Source: Yuukianura sp. NJ FZ-2021
Taxonomy: Eukaryota
DNA: 64,000 nt
Direction: 5' to 3'
NCBI GenBank assembly: GCA_046563655.1
Contig: CM102290.1
Location: 3,596,001 to 3,660,000 of the forward strand
Below the pieces are notes generated by a model that did no database searches, was not told the origin of the DNA, and saw only the letters and a list, made by a program, of their open reading frames with translations. Below, piece after piece: positions 13,953-38,694 of this stretch (the first letter of the stretch is position 1; every line of letters starts with the position of its first letter). Position numbers and translations under genes: made by a program.

Positions 13953-15740
13953 TATATTTTAGTGAAAAGGATTTGCAGTTAAGAAGGTAATAACCATATA
14001 GGAGAAAGAGATTTTTGGAAGTAAGAATTTCCTTTAAACCGGCAATTACACTTTAATTAATTGCTGTAACTGAAAATAATTCTTTTTTTCAGTGTAACCA
14101 TTTATACAAAGAGTTACACTCTCATCACGCAACGTCCATTTGAATCTACATTAACCAAAGACTAACAACTTACGAGACTTATGACCACTTGAGCTTAGTA
14201 GTTTATTTCTCAATGACCTCAAATTGCCTCCTTGGAGTAACAAAAATGTTTAACATTTAGTATGTGGGACAAAATGGAAATGTTAAGAAGAGGAAGCAGA
14301 GTAACAACAAGTTAACAAAAATTGTAGACATTAAAATTTCAAGTGTAAAATAAGGTTTAAATGGGACAACTTTTCTTGCAAAAAAAGGGAGTGTAACTGG
14401 ACAAGTGACTCCTCATGTTCAGTATTAACGTTTAACAATTTTGGCATGTTTTGAGAAAATTTATATTATTGGAAAAAAAGAAAGTTCTCAATAAGAAAAA
14501 ACAATGAATGAAAAAGCGGCGTGTTCAACAAATCTAAACAAACAATTTCTCTTTGTCAAAAATCGGTGGAGCAAATGTTGCTTACCATAAAAAATTGTTT
14601 TTGGCTTTCACTTTCTATGTAAGCGGTTTTTATTTAAAAAAAAAAAGAACGAAGGAAAAAATATTTTCAGTAAAAATCTTGTAAAAATCTTGTAATTCAG
14701 AAAAAATTTGTTGAAAGTGACATTTTAAGCTGAATTAGAATGGAATTTGATTTGAACTTTGTTAGTGTTAACTCGACAGGTTAACAAAATAGGTGATGTA
14801 TAAAGTTTTGTGCAAGATTTAAAACTAGGTCAAAGTCAATTGTTACAGACAGTTGCATGACATTACTTTGGCCATTTGGTCACACTTTGTTGACTTCTGT
14901 AACAGAAGTTCTGTTAAGTGTCAGTTCATGTCAATAAGAGAAACAATGCAGCGTCCTTTTCGTATTGCACTTCACGCGGATTTTGAATTTGAATTTCCGC
15001 GCTTTTTTTTTCATTTCTTGACAGAATACAACCTAGGTTGCCAAGGTAACATTTTTTGTGTGGATTTTTTTGTTTTTCCCTCTGGAATTTCCCCTTACCT
15101 CTCTCCTCTCCTCACCTGTCGACACAAATTAATTGAATGGCACTACTTACCTGTTTCCATTGTGTTTTCACGTAAGTACGGAACAAGGTGCTCACATCTT
15201 TCCTTCAATCCTTGTTCAGCCCCCTTTGATCTCATCTTATTCAATTAATTATATCCAGGTGAACTACATTCTCAACGTATTTACGCTGTAGACAACTCCA
15301 TACGAACAGGTATTTATTTACAAATTACCGAGTTGGAACTTGGGGTTCCGGTATCTCCATGTATTTCGTGTCCATCGAATGAGTAAAAAAAGTTGTTGTT
15401 TTTGTTGTAGAGGATGCATTGACCTTACGTTACATCTTACGTGGACGTGGACTCGGACTAAGTTCAATTCTTCGGTTGCCGAATGAGGATTCAAGATACC
15501 TTACTGCATGTTAACTACGTATACTTCGTAACCAAGGGAGACAGGGAAATTGGTAAGTATTGTTGGGTAGACCAAGGAGCTATTGACAACGAACTTGACA
15601 AAACGGAATTGTAACAAACAAACTTTGATTGTTTCAGATCAAGGGAGGGGGAAGGAACAAATTGACACTGGAGTAGGAAGACAATGGAATAGAAAGTTTT
15701 GATAGCCGAGGACTCATAAAATTTCTAAATTGGAATCGAA

Positions 15741-17381
15741 ATGTCGAAGGAAGCTATGAACGGGAATCTCACGGAAATGTTTACCATGAAGCAAGACAGC
15801 AACACGAACACCACCACTCCCAATGGAAAAGTACTTACCGCCCGAGAAAAGAAGCTGCTGGCCTCGAATGGAAGCGAATCAAAGTAAGTGTTCATTGTTA
15901 ATGTTGAACTTTTTTGTTTTAGTTGTCATTGTTTGATGTTTATTATGTCAATTAGGACCTGGGCTAATGGCAATGCGATTGGAAAGTCGGAAGAGTGGCA
16001 GCCAGTTCCAACGGAGATGCTAAGTTTGAAGCAGAGTATCAGTTTTGACTTTAGTAACTCCAGTTCGACGCCAATCAATTTTACTGAAGCTTGGTCCTTT
16101 TTCCAGTCATGTGATATGTCTCCATATAAAGTAAGTTACTTCATTTATCTGATAAACAGTGATTGACTAAGAAGATGCTTTACTGTTAATTTATTGCAGA
16201 AACGTAACGACACAGTCCATCAATCCAAGCCTATACGGCAAAGACTCTTGAGACTGATGGGAATGAGACGTTTGAAAACGACTTTAGTGCCTGAAAAGGA
16301 TCTCATTTGTGCGGTTGCAAATTGTAAGCTTCACTGATTAGAACATCTTTGAGCTTTCGCTTTTCATATTTTCTCTTTTACTAATCAATTTGAGCTGGTA
16401 ATTCATTTGCTTTTTACGTGTTTAGGTCCAATGAATAACGACTACACAGTGCATCGCCGTATTCTTCAAAGTATTTTCGTGTTTATGACAAAGAAGTCAT
16501 CATGTCCGCGCTACGGCCCACATTGGGAGGAGGTTGGATTCCAAGTAAGATTAACTTTGTTTTCGGCAGTTTGCTTCTTTTCTGTTCTGGAATTTTGTTG
16601 ATACAATTCACTCGGCCTGGACATTGAAATCATTGGAGCGTTTACTTTTGATTTCCAGGGACAAGATCCAGCTAGTGATTTGAGAGGAGTTGGAATGCTT
16701 GGAGCACTTCATATTTTGTTCTTGAGCTCATCCCAGGAAACGAAAGATTCGTTGGCTCCTGACATCTACGAACTCTCCAGACACCCAGTGAATCAATTCC
16801 CTTTGGCTGTCCTCAGTCTCAATGTGACACGCATGGCTTTAGATGCACTACGAGATGGATTGCTCAACCAGTAAGCTAGAATTTTTTATCTTAAGCATTC
16901 TTACTTTACTAATATGAACAGTGCTTTACTTTTTTTTTCATGATTTCATGTAGATTTTGTAACAAGAAGAATGACACTGTTGGAGTTTTGAACAGATTTT
17001 ATTTGGCCATCATGTACCGAATCTACAAGAAATGGAAGGAGAATGGCTTGACCATTCACGATTCTTGCTATCTCCTCAAAGGTATTACTCTATCGACTTA
17101 GAATTTTGAATTCTAAGCCATCACTACTGTTTTTCTATCGTTTAGACTAGTATATTGGTTCTATCTTTTGTTGTTGTTTAGATGTTGAGAAATGGTGTCG
17201 AGCACATCCTGGTCGGGCATTTGGTAGACTGGAAGAGTACTTGGCTCAAAACAACGTCATTTGCAATGGGGTGGGGAAGCGTAAGAAGCAAACGAAGAAA
17301 ACTGAAGTTTTAACTGATGAAAGTGCTCAGAGCCTCTCGTGGCTTGATCTCACGAAACCATCCCTTGAAGTCTTCATTTAA
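15741..17381 (+). CDS. ELMOD3: ELMO domain-containing protein 3-like (ARF/ARL-family GAP)
   Basis: Exons 15741-15883, 15956-16130, 16200-16323, 16426-16544, 16659-16870, 16954-17081 and 17182-17381 join in frame through GT-AG introns. Contains the ELMO-domain GAP motif HWEEVGFQGQDPASDLRGVGMLG with the catalytic Arg, plus QFPLAVLSLNVT. Confidence 0.88.
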
Positions 17382-19662
17382 CTTTGGACCGCAGAAGAAA
17401 TTAAGAAACCAAATCTCTCGTTGATGCTCACAGGACTTAGGATTAACACATTCCCCCACCCGTGAGGTAGATCTCGATCTCAGGTTACAGTTAATTGCCA
17501 AACCCAATGCATCAACACTTGCTTTAAAGATATAATTAAGAAAAAATGCTTTTATTATCAGTATCCTGCACAATTTGCTCAGATTTTTTACAAGATCAGT
17601 GACATATATTTTTGGCAATGCTTAGAATTACCTGTTAAGCATTTATACTCTATTATTTCTTGACTGATGACAGGTTTTTATCTAGAAACTGGAATGGCTC
17701 CTGTGAATTAGTTAAGCTGAAACTTGAATTAATCTGAATTGAATCTGAATGTTCCAGCCCAAGGGAAAAGCTTTAGAAACGCTCGTTTAGGAGATTGAAT
17801 TTTTTTTTAGCAAACTGGACCAATGCAAATCACTCAAGTTACTGCTACATTTTGCAGTAATCGGTAAACAATTAAATTATTTTCCATCAATTGATTCTTC
17901 AACATTGTATACTACCTCAAAAAAATCAAACTGATAAAGTTTTTTTGGGCTGGAAACATAGCATATAGCGTTCTGTTTGGAACACACACTTGTGCAACTT
18001 ATTATTCTCATATAGAAATTGTAGTAGTAAGGAAAAATTAGTATTTATACAAGTTATTTAATATATATTTCTCATAAATACTATAAAATGCACATTTTCA
18101 GTTTATTCAAGAACTAGTAAATAAAGAAAAATGGAACATTAGTTACATTCTCTGATTGCAGCACTCTGCAAAGGGGAGAGGGTAGTAGTTCGAGTAACTT
18201 TTTCATTGGTTAGGTATCTGACACGGCTCAGGTTCCGTCGGTACTTTCAATACGGTACGAAAGTTTCAATACCGGTTCGACACTACGTCGGCATTCCACT
18301 GTAATGACCAATGTTAACATTTAATCCATCGTCAAATGCTTAGGAGTGTTAAATTTAACGTTAGTGACGGTAAGTTTCCGAAGTTATTAATAATACTTAT
18401 TAAACTTGTAGACTTGGTCCTTCGATCAACGGGTTGTCTATGGGCTTGACCGTGGCAATTCTTTTATTACTTCGAAGAAATTGTTGAGGATGCCTAAACG
18501 TTTATTTTTCCTACTTTTTATTTGTCAGAAATTAATAAATTTAATAGCCGATACCGAAACCGAAACATCTCTGAAACCGACACGAGTTCGTAAAACCGGA
18601 GGATAACGAGTGAACGAGAGGTATGAGTCACTGAAATAATAATGGAAGCTTGTCTTCTGTATTCCAAGGAAGGAAAATAAAGGATTGCTATTGAAATTAA
18701 GGAATTATGCAATAGCGAATTCGCATTCGGTAAAATCACATTCATCCGCAGTACTAGCTGAGGTAAGGTAAGGGAATTTAAGTGATGTGAATTAGTGATT
18801 TGTATTAGTGATAGACTCGTCTTCCGCAATTTTAAAAAGTCGCCTTCTGAGTCTGACACACACGGTATGGTAAACGTTGGATTTAAGGATGCAATTGCAA
18901 CTAATTCCGAAATGATTTATCAATTACTCCCATCATCATCATATCTCACACTCACTCAATTCCTACCAGACTTCGCATATCATTACTAAATTATAGTACG
19001 AGTCAGATGATTCTTCACCACGTTTCCGGCGAACTATCACTAAAAACTGCAAAGGTTTGCTGGTAAGTACCCTGTATTATTATTATCTTATTAGATTACA
19101 TCTTTGTCGTTTAACAAAGTAAGAGGTCCGTAATCCCGCGTCCCGCCCCCTAAATCTACATGTAATGCTCTGTAACAAGTGATTGATTTCCTAATTTAAA
19201 TGTTTGTAATGTTTTTAAAATTAAATTGCAGTAATTCACACTAACTTCGGCAACTAACTACAAGGATATCTGGCGTATTCTACGGATCACGAATGCCTTT
19301 CATATACTAGGAACTCATCCCCCCTCGCTTCAAAGTCAAGTGCCTATCCTGTTTCTGCTCAATTGACGTCGTGATTAGTCGTACCGGTTGCTATTCCTTT
19401 CAAATTATATAAACGGTATGTATATACTTTTTAATGATCAGGATAATGTCAACAGTATTGAAGGTTTTCCTGGAATGGAACCTAATTGTTTCATTTATTT
19501 TCTAGAAATCGTGTGCTTGCTACGTGCCTTATTTTTGATACTAAATACTAATACAGACTGAGAATATAAGAAGTTAACTCAACGGAAAGACTGGCTCATC
19601 ATTTCATTCACTTCAACTAAATAGCTGCAGTTGACTTCTTCAGACACAGCGAGCTTGACGGG

Positions 19663-32127
<12,465 letters not shown>

Positions 32128-32793
32128 AGACTTAATTTTCTAATCTCAATTTTCAGAATAGTTGCTAGAACGGTACCTTTTTTGTGATGCAGCGCGTTAA
32201 TTAGAGTTTAGTAGTTACGAAGGGGGTTAATGGAATTAGCAGGGCACTGGTAACAAGGCCCAGGGGGATTTCTGGGTCGTCAACCGTCAAGTGTATCCGA
32301 AATCCGTCATTTGACGACCTGGAACTTTGTCAAGTTGAAGAAACAACCGTCGTCATACCAGAGTTGACGTACTAGGTGACAGTTAATGACGTCATTTGTG
32401 TTAGGAGTATCAATTCCAACAACTAGTTTTTAGTTAATGTTTTTGTATAATTTTTCTCATGACAGTTGATTCAGCTAAAATATGGACTAGGTTTCTAACT
32501 AGAACAGAACCTAAGGTTAACGTTACTATAAGAACAACACGAAAGAGCTTTTGGTCCCTACAGGCCTCTACAACCCAGTTAATGACGAGAATAATGTCAA
32601 AACATGATTTGACGACTTTAATTCCATTAGGTTGATGAGGATTTTTAATTAATTTATGCTCTTAGAGATGAATCTAATGTACTAAAATACGAACCCTTAT
32701 ACGTTAACAACATTAAACCTGACCTTTACTGTCAAAATATTCGTGACAAAATGGGATTTTGAAATTGACGAGAAAAATTATTTGAGAAAATCT

Positions 32794-34460
32794 TCAACTA
32801 CTTACGACTTGTTCCGTACCGTTCGGCTGGGGGTCACTTTCTTCTTCAAAATCTTCGTCCTCTTCCTCCATTGTTTCTCTGAGGATCTGGACTTGTCGAA
32901 GATGTTTCTTTGATTTTTCGTGGTTCATAAATCTGGAATTTCGAAAATTTGTACTTGCTTAAAATCATGTAACAGTTCGTCAACTTTTCTAATAAAAGTG
33001 AACGAAACTTACGCCTTGTCTGTTCGAAACGATTTGTTGCAAACTTCGCAATAGAGACAATCCTCTTCCTCCTCTGAGTCGACGTCATTCGTATCACCGA
33101 ATTCATCAGCTATCCATTCCTCCATTTCCTAAACCACATCACTAGGTTATGACACTTAACAACGCTATCAGTTAATTAACTGCACTTAACATGAGTTTAG
33201 CTAACCTTTAGCTGGTCCTTACTCGGATGACCATTGGACACCCCTCCATGCCCATTTTTCACTGCGTCCAGCATCTCCTTTCGTTCCTGCTGTCGCTTGG
33301 CTTTCTCTTCGGCGAATTTCTTTGCTAAACTTTCTTCTTTCTCTTTCATACGTATCTCTTGCTCGGCCTTCCACGCTTGTACCCGCTTGTCCTTACGTTT
33401 GACAAAATCAACCAGGGCTCTTACGCGCTGATTCCAGTCCTTCTTGGCTTCGGCCCTCAGTTTCTTGTTTTCTTTGTCCATCATTCTAGAAACCTGGATT
33501 AAATCACCTGAAAATGAGGAAGTCGTTTTGGGTAATGTAAGCAACGAGTTATAATCACTCACCCGTCGGCTTCCGGCATGTCTGGTATCATACTCGTCAA
33601 ACCAAGCAAAGTTTTTCCGAGTACAGAAAGATTCCCAAAAGGCATAAAAAGGTCCGACTTCCTGTAAATGACCAAAGCACTAATTAATACACTGCTAAAC
33701 AATAACTTGCAACTGTTTTAATGGATACAACTTACTTCATATGATGATAAACCATCACCAAAGGACGGAATTTCGTCATCGGAGCCTTCACGTCCTGCTT
33801 CGACTTCTTCAGCTCCAATTTTTTCAAATAACTTCCTAGAGATCAAACGAAGAACTATGCAATTCCGACAAATGTACGTTGTGGCCTGAGTTAAATTTTG
33901 GAAGAGCCTTACCTGTAAACTGTGTAGAACCCTTCGTCGTCATCGCCAAAACCCTTGTAACACGATGAGCAACAAAAGGCCATTATATCAATACTGTCAT
34001 CATCAAAGTCTTCATTGAGACCTAAATACAGACACAAACATGGTCAATCTAAACCAAAGGAACCGAAAATTGCTTTGCGAATTCGATTGAAACGTGTCTA
34101 ACCCCCTCTTAAAATAGCATGTCGATGTTCGTCATACCAGGCTCGTTCCTGTGGGTTACTCAACACCTCATACGCTTGCTGTAGAACTTGAAACTCCGCT
34201 TTCGCTTCTTCATGTCTCTCCGGATTCTTATCTGCAATTAAAACCGTCAAACATCATCAAATATCGCTGAGAACGTATGACGAGTAATTAATAAATTGTC
34301 CTAATACAAATGCAACACTACTTTGCAATCGTCCGTGTTAATGTAACTCACCCGGATGCAACTGAAGAGCCAGTTTCCGAAACGATTTCTTGATCTCGTC
34401 ATCTGTCGAATTCCTTTCGATACCGAGGACTTCATAGTAGCACTTCTTTAATACTGGCAT
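32794..34460 (-). CDS. DNAJC21: DnaJ homolog subfamily C member 21 (Jjj1-like 60S maturation co-chaperone)
   Basis: Exons 34460-34352, 34231-34103, 34021-33913, 33835-33736, 33661-33563, 33493-33206, 33128-33013 and 32932-32794. J-domain KCYYEVLG...LHPDKN, zuotin-homology region ([23 protein letters not shown]), zinc finger [25 protein letters not shown]. The 3' end is uncertain (possible donor at 32805). Confidence 0.9.
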
Positions 34461-35038
34461 TATGATGCACCTTTAAAAATAATACCTGAAATCAAAAAAA
34501 CAAACAATAATCAACAATTCATAAAATACTCCTTCAATCATAAATTTGAACAGTAAACCTTTACAGGATTAATCTCTTTACCTTATTTGATTTCTTAGTA
34601 AGTAAGTAGTAAGTTCCAAATCCGAGTGAAACAAATTCCTTACCTCGCTGAGCAGTACGGTCCTTTACTTCTACTTCACTAATTCCAAATTTTTACAACA
34701 AATTAATCGAAATTTAGAAAACCGATACTCCCAGTCCCCCAGCCGAAAGCCAATTTTGCATGGAAAAGGAAGTGCAAAAGAGAAAAGAGTTGCAGCAGCG
34801 AATTTCCGACTTGCTAATTTTGTCGCATTTTAGTCGAAATGAATTCAAAGAAAATCCATCCCGCTAGAAGTCAAAGTCTGTAAGAAAACGTCTCATTGCA
34901 CACACAGTAACACGCTGTAATAAATAAAACTCAATTAACAATTTATTTAACAAAATCAATTAAGTTAAATATTAATTTATATACCTATGCCGAGGTGATT
35001 GCTCCTGATAACCGTAATATAAAAGTACTTTTTAACGT

Positions 35039-36437
35039 TTATTCATCAATCTCCATTTCCTTCTCCTTTTCTTCTTCACTGTCATTATCGCTAATATTAG
35101 GCTCAACTTTTGCAATTGGCAACACTTCTGTCCATCCTTTCCGCCGCCGGACGAATTCAAAGATCTTATCCCTGAAACCATCCTTGGGACACGTTGAGGC
35201 AATCGTTTCAAATAATTGTTGAATTTCAACGTTGAGTTTTCTACTTGTCACTTTGAGGTTGGCAATCCACAGCGGAAGAGAATGTTTGTCCGTCATTTCT
35301 TCAGCTACTTCACCAATCCTTCCACCGTGTGTCAAAATAGCAATGATCGTTCGTTGCGTCTTGACCCGCTCAATTAGGAAAGACGAACAGAGAAATTTAA
35401 TAGTTGGTGACTTCTGGGCAATCTTCCAGTCTTCTCTCGTTTTCAGTCCATGGTAAAGAATGTTCAGAATCCAACTACGACTCTCCCTAAACAGAATCAA
35501 AGTTGAAAACCACTGAAGATCCAAATAAGCATCATGCTGAATTGTGAATGTGATTTTCTTACCTTTTTTCATCTCCATCGTTGTAGAATGGAATGAACTG
35601 AGGCAGTATAGTCATTTCGATAGTCGGTTGAGCAAAGAGGGCTGTTGTGACACGTTTGAACATTGAATGTGACGGGAGCCTCAAAACTGACCAAACTCCT
35701 ACCATCCAAGTCGACAAAAGATGAGAAATACGGCATTCACCCAATTCGACAATCCCACGCTTCAACCCGGTAAGCACATGTAAGTAGAGCTTGGCATCCT
35801 TGTTTCGTGCCGTCTGTAGTCAAATCATTGATGAAAAATTCATAAAATTACGCATTCAGTATTTGAAAAAAGTTGGCGTTTGTTTACGCACCTTTGTCTT
35901 CGACCTTTCAAAATTATCCATCAGTCGTTGAAAAGCTAAAAACGACTCAGCCCTTAAAACTTCATCTTCCAGGGCCATTCCACGCAGTATAAAATATACC
36001 CATCCATAGGACACGACTTTCACCCCGTCGCAGACATTTTGTTCGTGTAGAATATGACAAAGAAGCGGTATGAGAAATGTCATGTCGTATGAAGCTGAGG
36101 TTTTGCTTTCTTTAGAAGAATCGTATTGAAAAGCTGTATGATAAGCCTTGGGTTCCTCTATTGTTCCGCTCAGAATTGCGTTGGCCTTGACGGAATGGGC
36201 ATAGAGTGGATTGGATACTGCTGAAGTGGGAGGCTGCGCAGCTTTGGGACCGAACATCACCATCGGTTCAACCGAACGATGTTTCAGAACTTGCAAAATT
36301 TTCCTGTCTGATGGAGATAGAGTGGCTCCATACCATTGCAATAGTTTTTCAGTATCTGTTTTCTCAAGCAGCTCCGTAGTAAGCTCTTCAACATCCGGTA
36401 GGGTTACAAGGTCTGCTTCTTCGTGCTTCCGCTTCAT
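35039..36437 (-). CDS. URB1: URB1/Npa1 C-terminal region only (~414 aa from the first ATG)
   Basis: Exons 36437-35892, 35813-35563 and 35486-35039 are in frame. LLQWYGATLSPSDRKILQVL, YDMTFLIPLL and WILNILYHGLKT correspond to URB1 C-terminal motifs (LLGAYGATLS..DQKIL, YDPxFL, WxxxxLxxG). The true start is uncertain; upstream acceptors lie at 36464/36461. Confidence 0.75.
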
Positions 36438-36745
36438 TCCGAATTCCTTGTCGTAGCAAGACTGCTGCGAGTGAGTGCAAAAAAGTGAAACAAAACATTA
36501 GAACTGAAATTTCTTTTCATGTATCGTCCAAGTTTTAATTGATACACTCACCTTCCAGAAACCGCCGGTACAACCTAAAATTAAACGCCGTCGGCAACTC
36601 CCAATCTGCCAGCATACAATAATGAATTAAATATTTAAATCAATGGTTAATTTCCGCTTGTTACGTTGATTAAGCTTGATTGTTTAGTACAAGTGGTTTG
36701 TTTTTATTTTTTGAGGCAACTCACGAGGTTTATTTGGGTAACGTA

Positions 36746-36951
36746 AGGATTAACGAGCATCGTTGTAGCCACACAGTGTAGCCTCTCCTGCCATTTTTGG
36801 TCACTTAGGTGGATACGCCTTCGTGCAAACTTTTTAGCCCTTTTAATTTAATCCAACCTAAAGTGGCAACATAAGTTACCGCATAATGTAGCCACCCGTT
36901 GTAGCCGCAAAGTGGCTACGCCTCGTGGCTACAACTAGGATCGTTAAACCT
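36746..36951. mobile_element. MITE, ~206 bp, TA-flanked
   Basis: Imperfect TIRs AGGATTAACGAGCATCGTTGTAGCCAC ... GTGGCTACAACTAGGATCGTTAAACCT; internal TGTAGCC repeats. Confidence 0.65.
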
Positions 36952-37364
36952 TAGCCAACAGTATATTTTTGATTAAAAAAAATTCCCGCGTTCAACTCAA
37001 AATACAAAACGCTTTACATCTACCCCCTACAGGAGGGCGTTCCACAAGCACCCTTATAAAAATGAAACAGTGCGTCACAGTACTCACCCTTGCAGATTAA
37101 TTGTTCCAATTTATTAGTTAATTAACATCAATAGTTCCTTAAATGTTAACCAAAATTTAATTTAATTACACCGAAATCCATTGTGTTCATTTGCATTGAC
37201 ATGAACAATGCTTTATCTCTTCCAAAAAAAGAACGGAACTGTGTATCGGCCAAGCGTAAAGGTCAGAGGTCAACCGGAACATTAGTCAAATTATCCGTAC
37301 GATACATTGTATCTTAATGGTGTCTGCAATTCAAATGAATCTTTGGTTTTACTTGTCGCAAATC

Positions 37365-38253
37365 CATAGATGGGCATCCTCAAAGAGGACGTCCTCAAAT
37401 CCTCTATCCTCAATCGATTCCCGATCCTCAAGTACTCTTCTACTCTATCCTCACTCGATTTCTAGTCCTCAAATCTTCAAAACCTCATCCTCATTGGTAT
37501 CCCAATCCTTAAAACCTCAAATCCTCTATCCTCAATCCCAATAATGTCCTCAAATCCTTAAACCTCTATCCTCAATTAAGTGAAAATAACTATAAAGTTT
37601 GGTTCACCAAGTCAATTTTATTTCAGACTAATATTCAATTTAATTAACTTAACCTAACATCGTCAGGAACACCACCAGTAACTTTCTTGTAACGTAGACG
37701 GTTGATAACTTTTGCAGATGACGAAGATTCGATGTCTTGTACTTCCTCGTCATTAATCACGACAGGACCAAACTCGAGTGTTGCCTGTTTTAAGTTCGAC
37801 GACATGTTGTTCACTAACTAATTTAAATTAGATACACACCACTTCAGACTATACTATTGGCAGTGGCAGCTGATGATACAAAAGAATAATAGTGAAGAGA
37901 AGAAATAGGATCAAAGCTCATGCTCAACTTTGAAACAACCGCGGTTGTTAGCGGGATGTCTCATTTGACTCAATTTGCTAGGAATTGCGAAATTGAGGAG
38001 TGCTCAAATACTCAATCCTCAAGTAAATTTGAATCCTCAACTACTCTAATCCTCTATCCTCACTTCATACTGTATCCTTAAATACTCAAAACCTCTATCC
38101 TCATTCAAAGTCCATCCTCAAAACTTCAATCCTCTATACTCTTCCCGGCCATCGGTCCTCAAATCCTCTATACTCAATCCTCATCCAAAATCGTGTCCTC
38201 TTTGAGGATTTCGTCCTCTTTGAGGATTTTTTGAGTGAGGACGCCCATCTATG
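37365..38253. mobile_element. Non-autonomous DNA transposon (P-like or hAT) with 8-bp TSD and subterminal tandem repeats
   Basis: 18-bp TIRs CATAGATGGGC(A/G)TCCTCA; perfect TSD CGCAAATC at 37357-37364 and 38254-38261; CCTCAAATCCTCTATCCTCAA-type repeat arrays at ~37390-37575 and ~38010-38185. Confidence 0.85.
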
Positions 38254-38694
38254 CGCAAATCTAACGGCAAAACTTGTTTTTCTACCTGAATCCAACTCAT
38301 TGCAGAGGGATTCAGACACCCACTACAAGACGTATTCCTTCAACGTTAAGAACTTTTGGTAATTTTGATCACGTTTTGAAGAAAAAAGTAAAATCCCGTA
38401 ATTTGAAAATGTTGCTCCTAATCAGAAAGATTTACAACCTACTTTTGGAAAATCGCAAGTTTTTAAAGTGGTTTGTGTAAAAGTCGTTGATCGTGCAATT
38501 GTCTGGAAATTGATTACCAAATACAAGAAACCACACAATCCGTGTTATGTTTCCAACAAGCACACCTCAATACTTCATTTGCACAAGTTGCAAAAATTGG
38601 AATTTTAGTGAGTGCGTATTGTGTATAGAGTTCAGTAGCCTTTGCAAAAGCAACGCTTTTTAGTTTGAAAAACTTTGGTTTATCTTTAAAAAAG

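Noticed and set aside
37390..38185. Repeat arrays that could be mistaken for a CRISPR array
   Set aside because: The units are degenerate and abutting with no unique spacers, lie inside a TIR/TSD-bounded transposon, and the context is eukaryotic with no cas genes.
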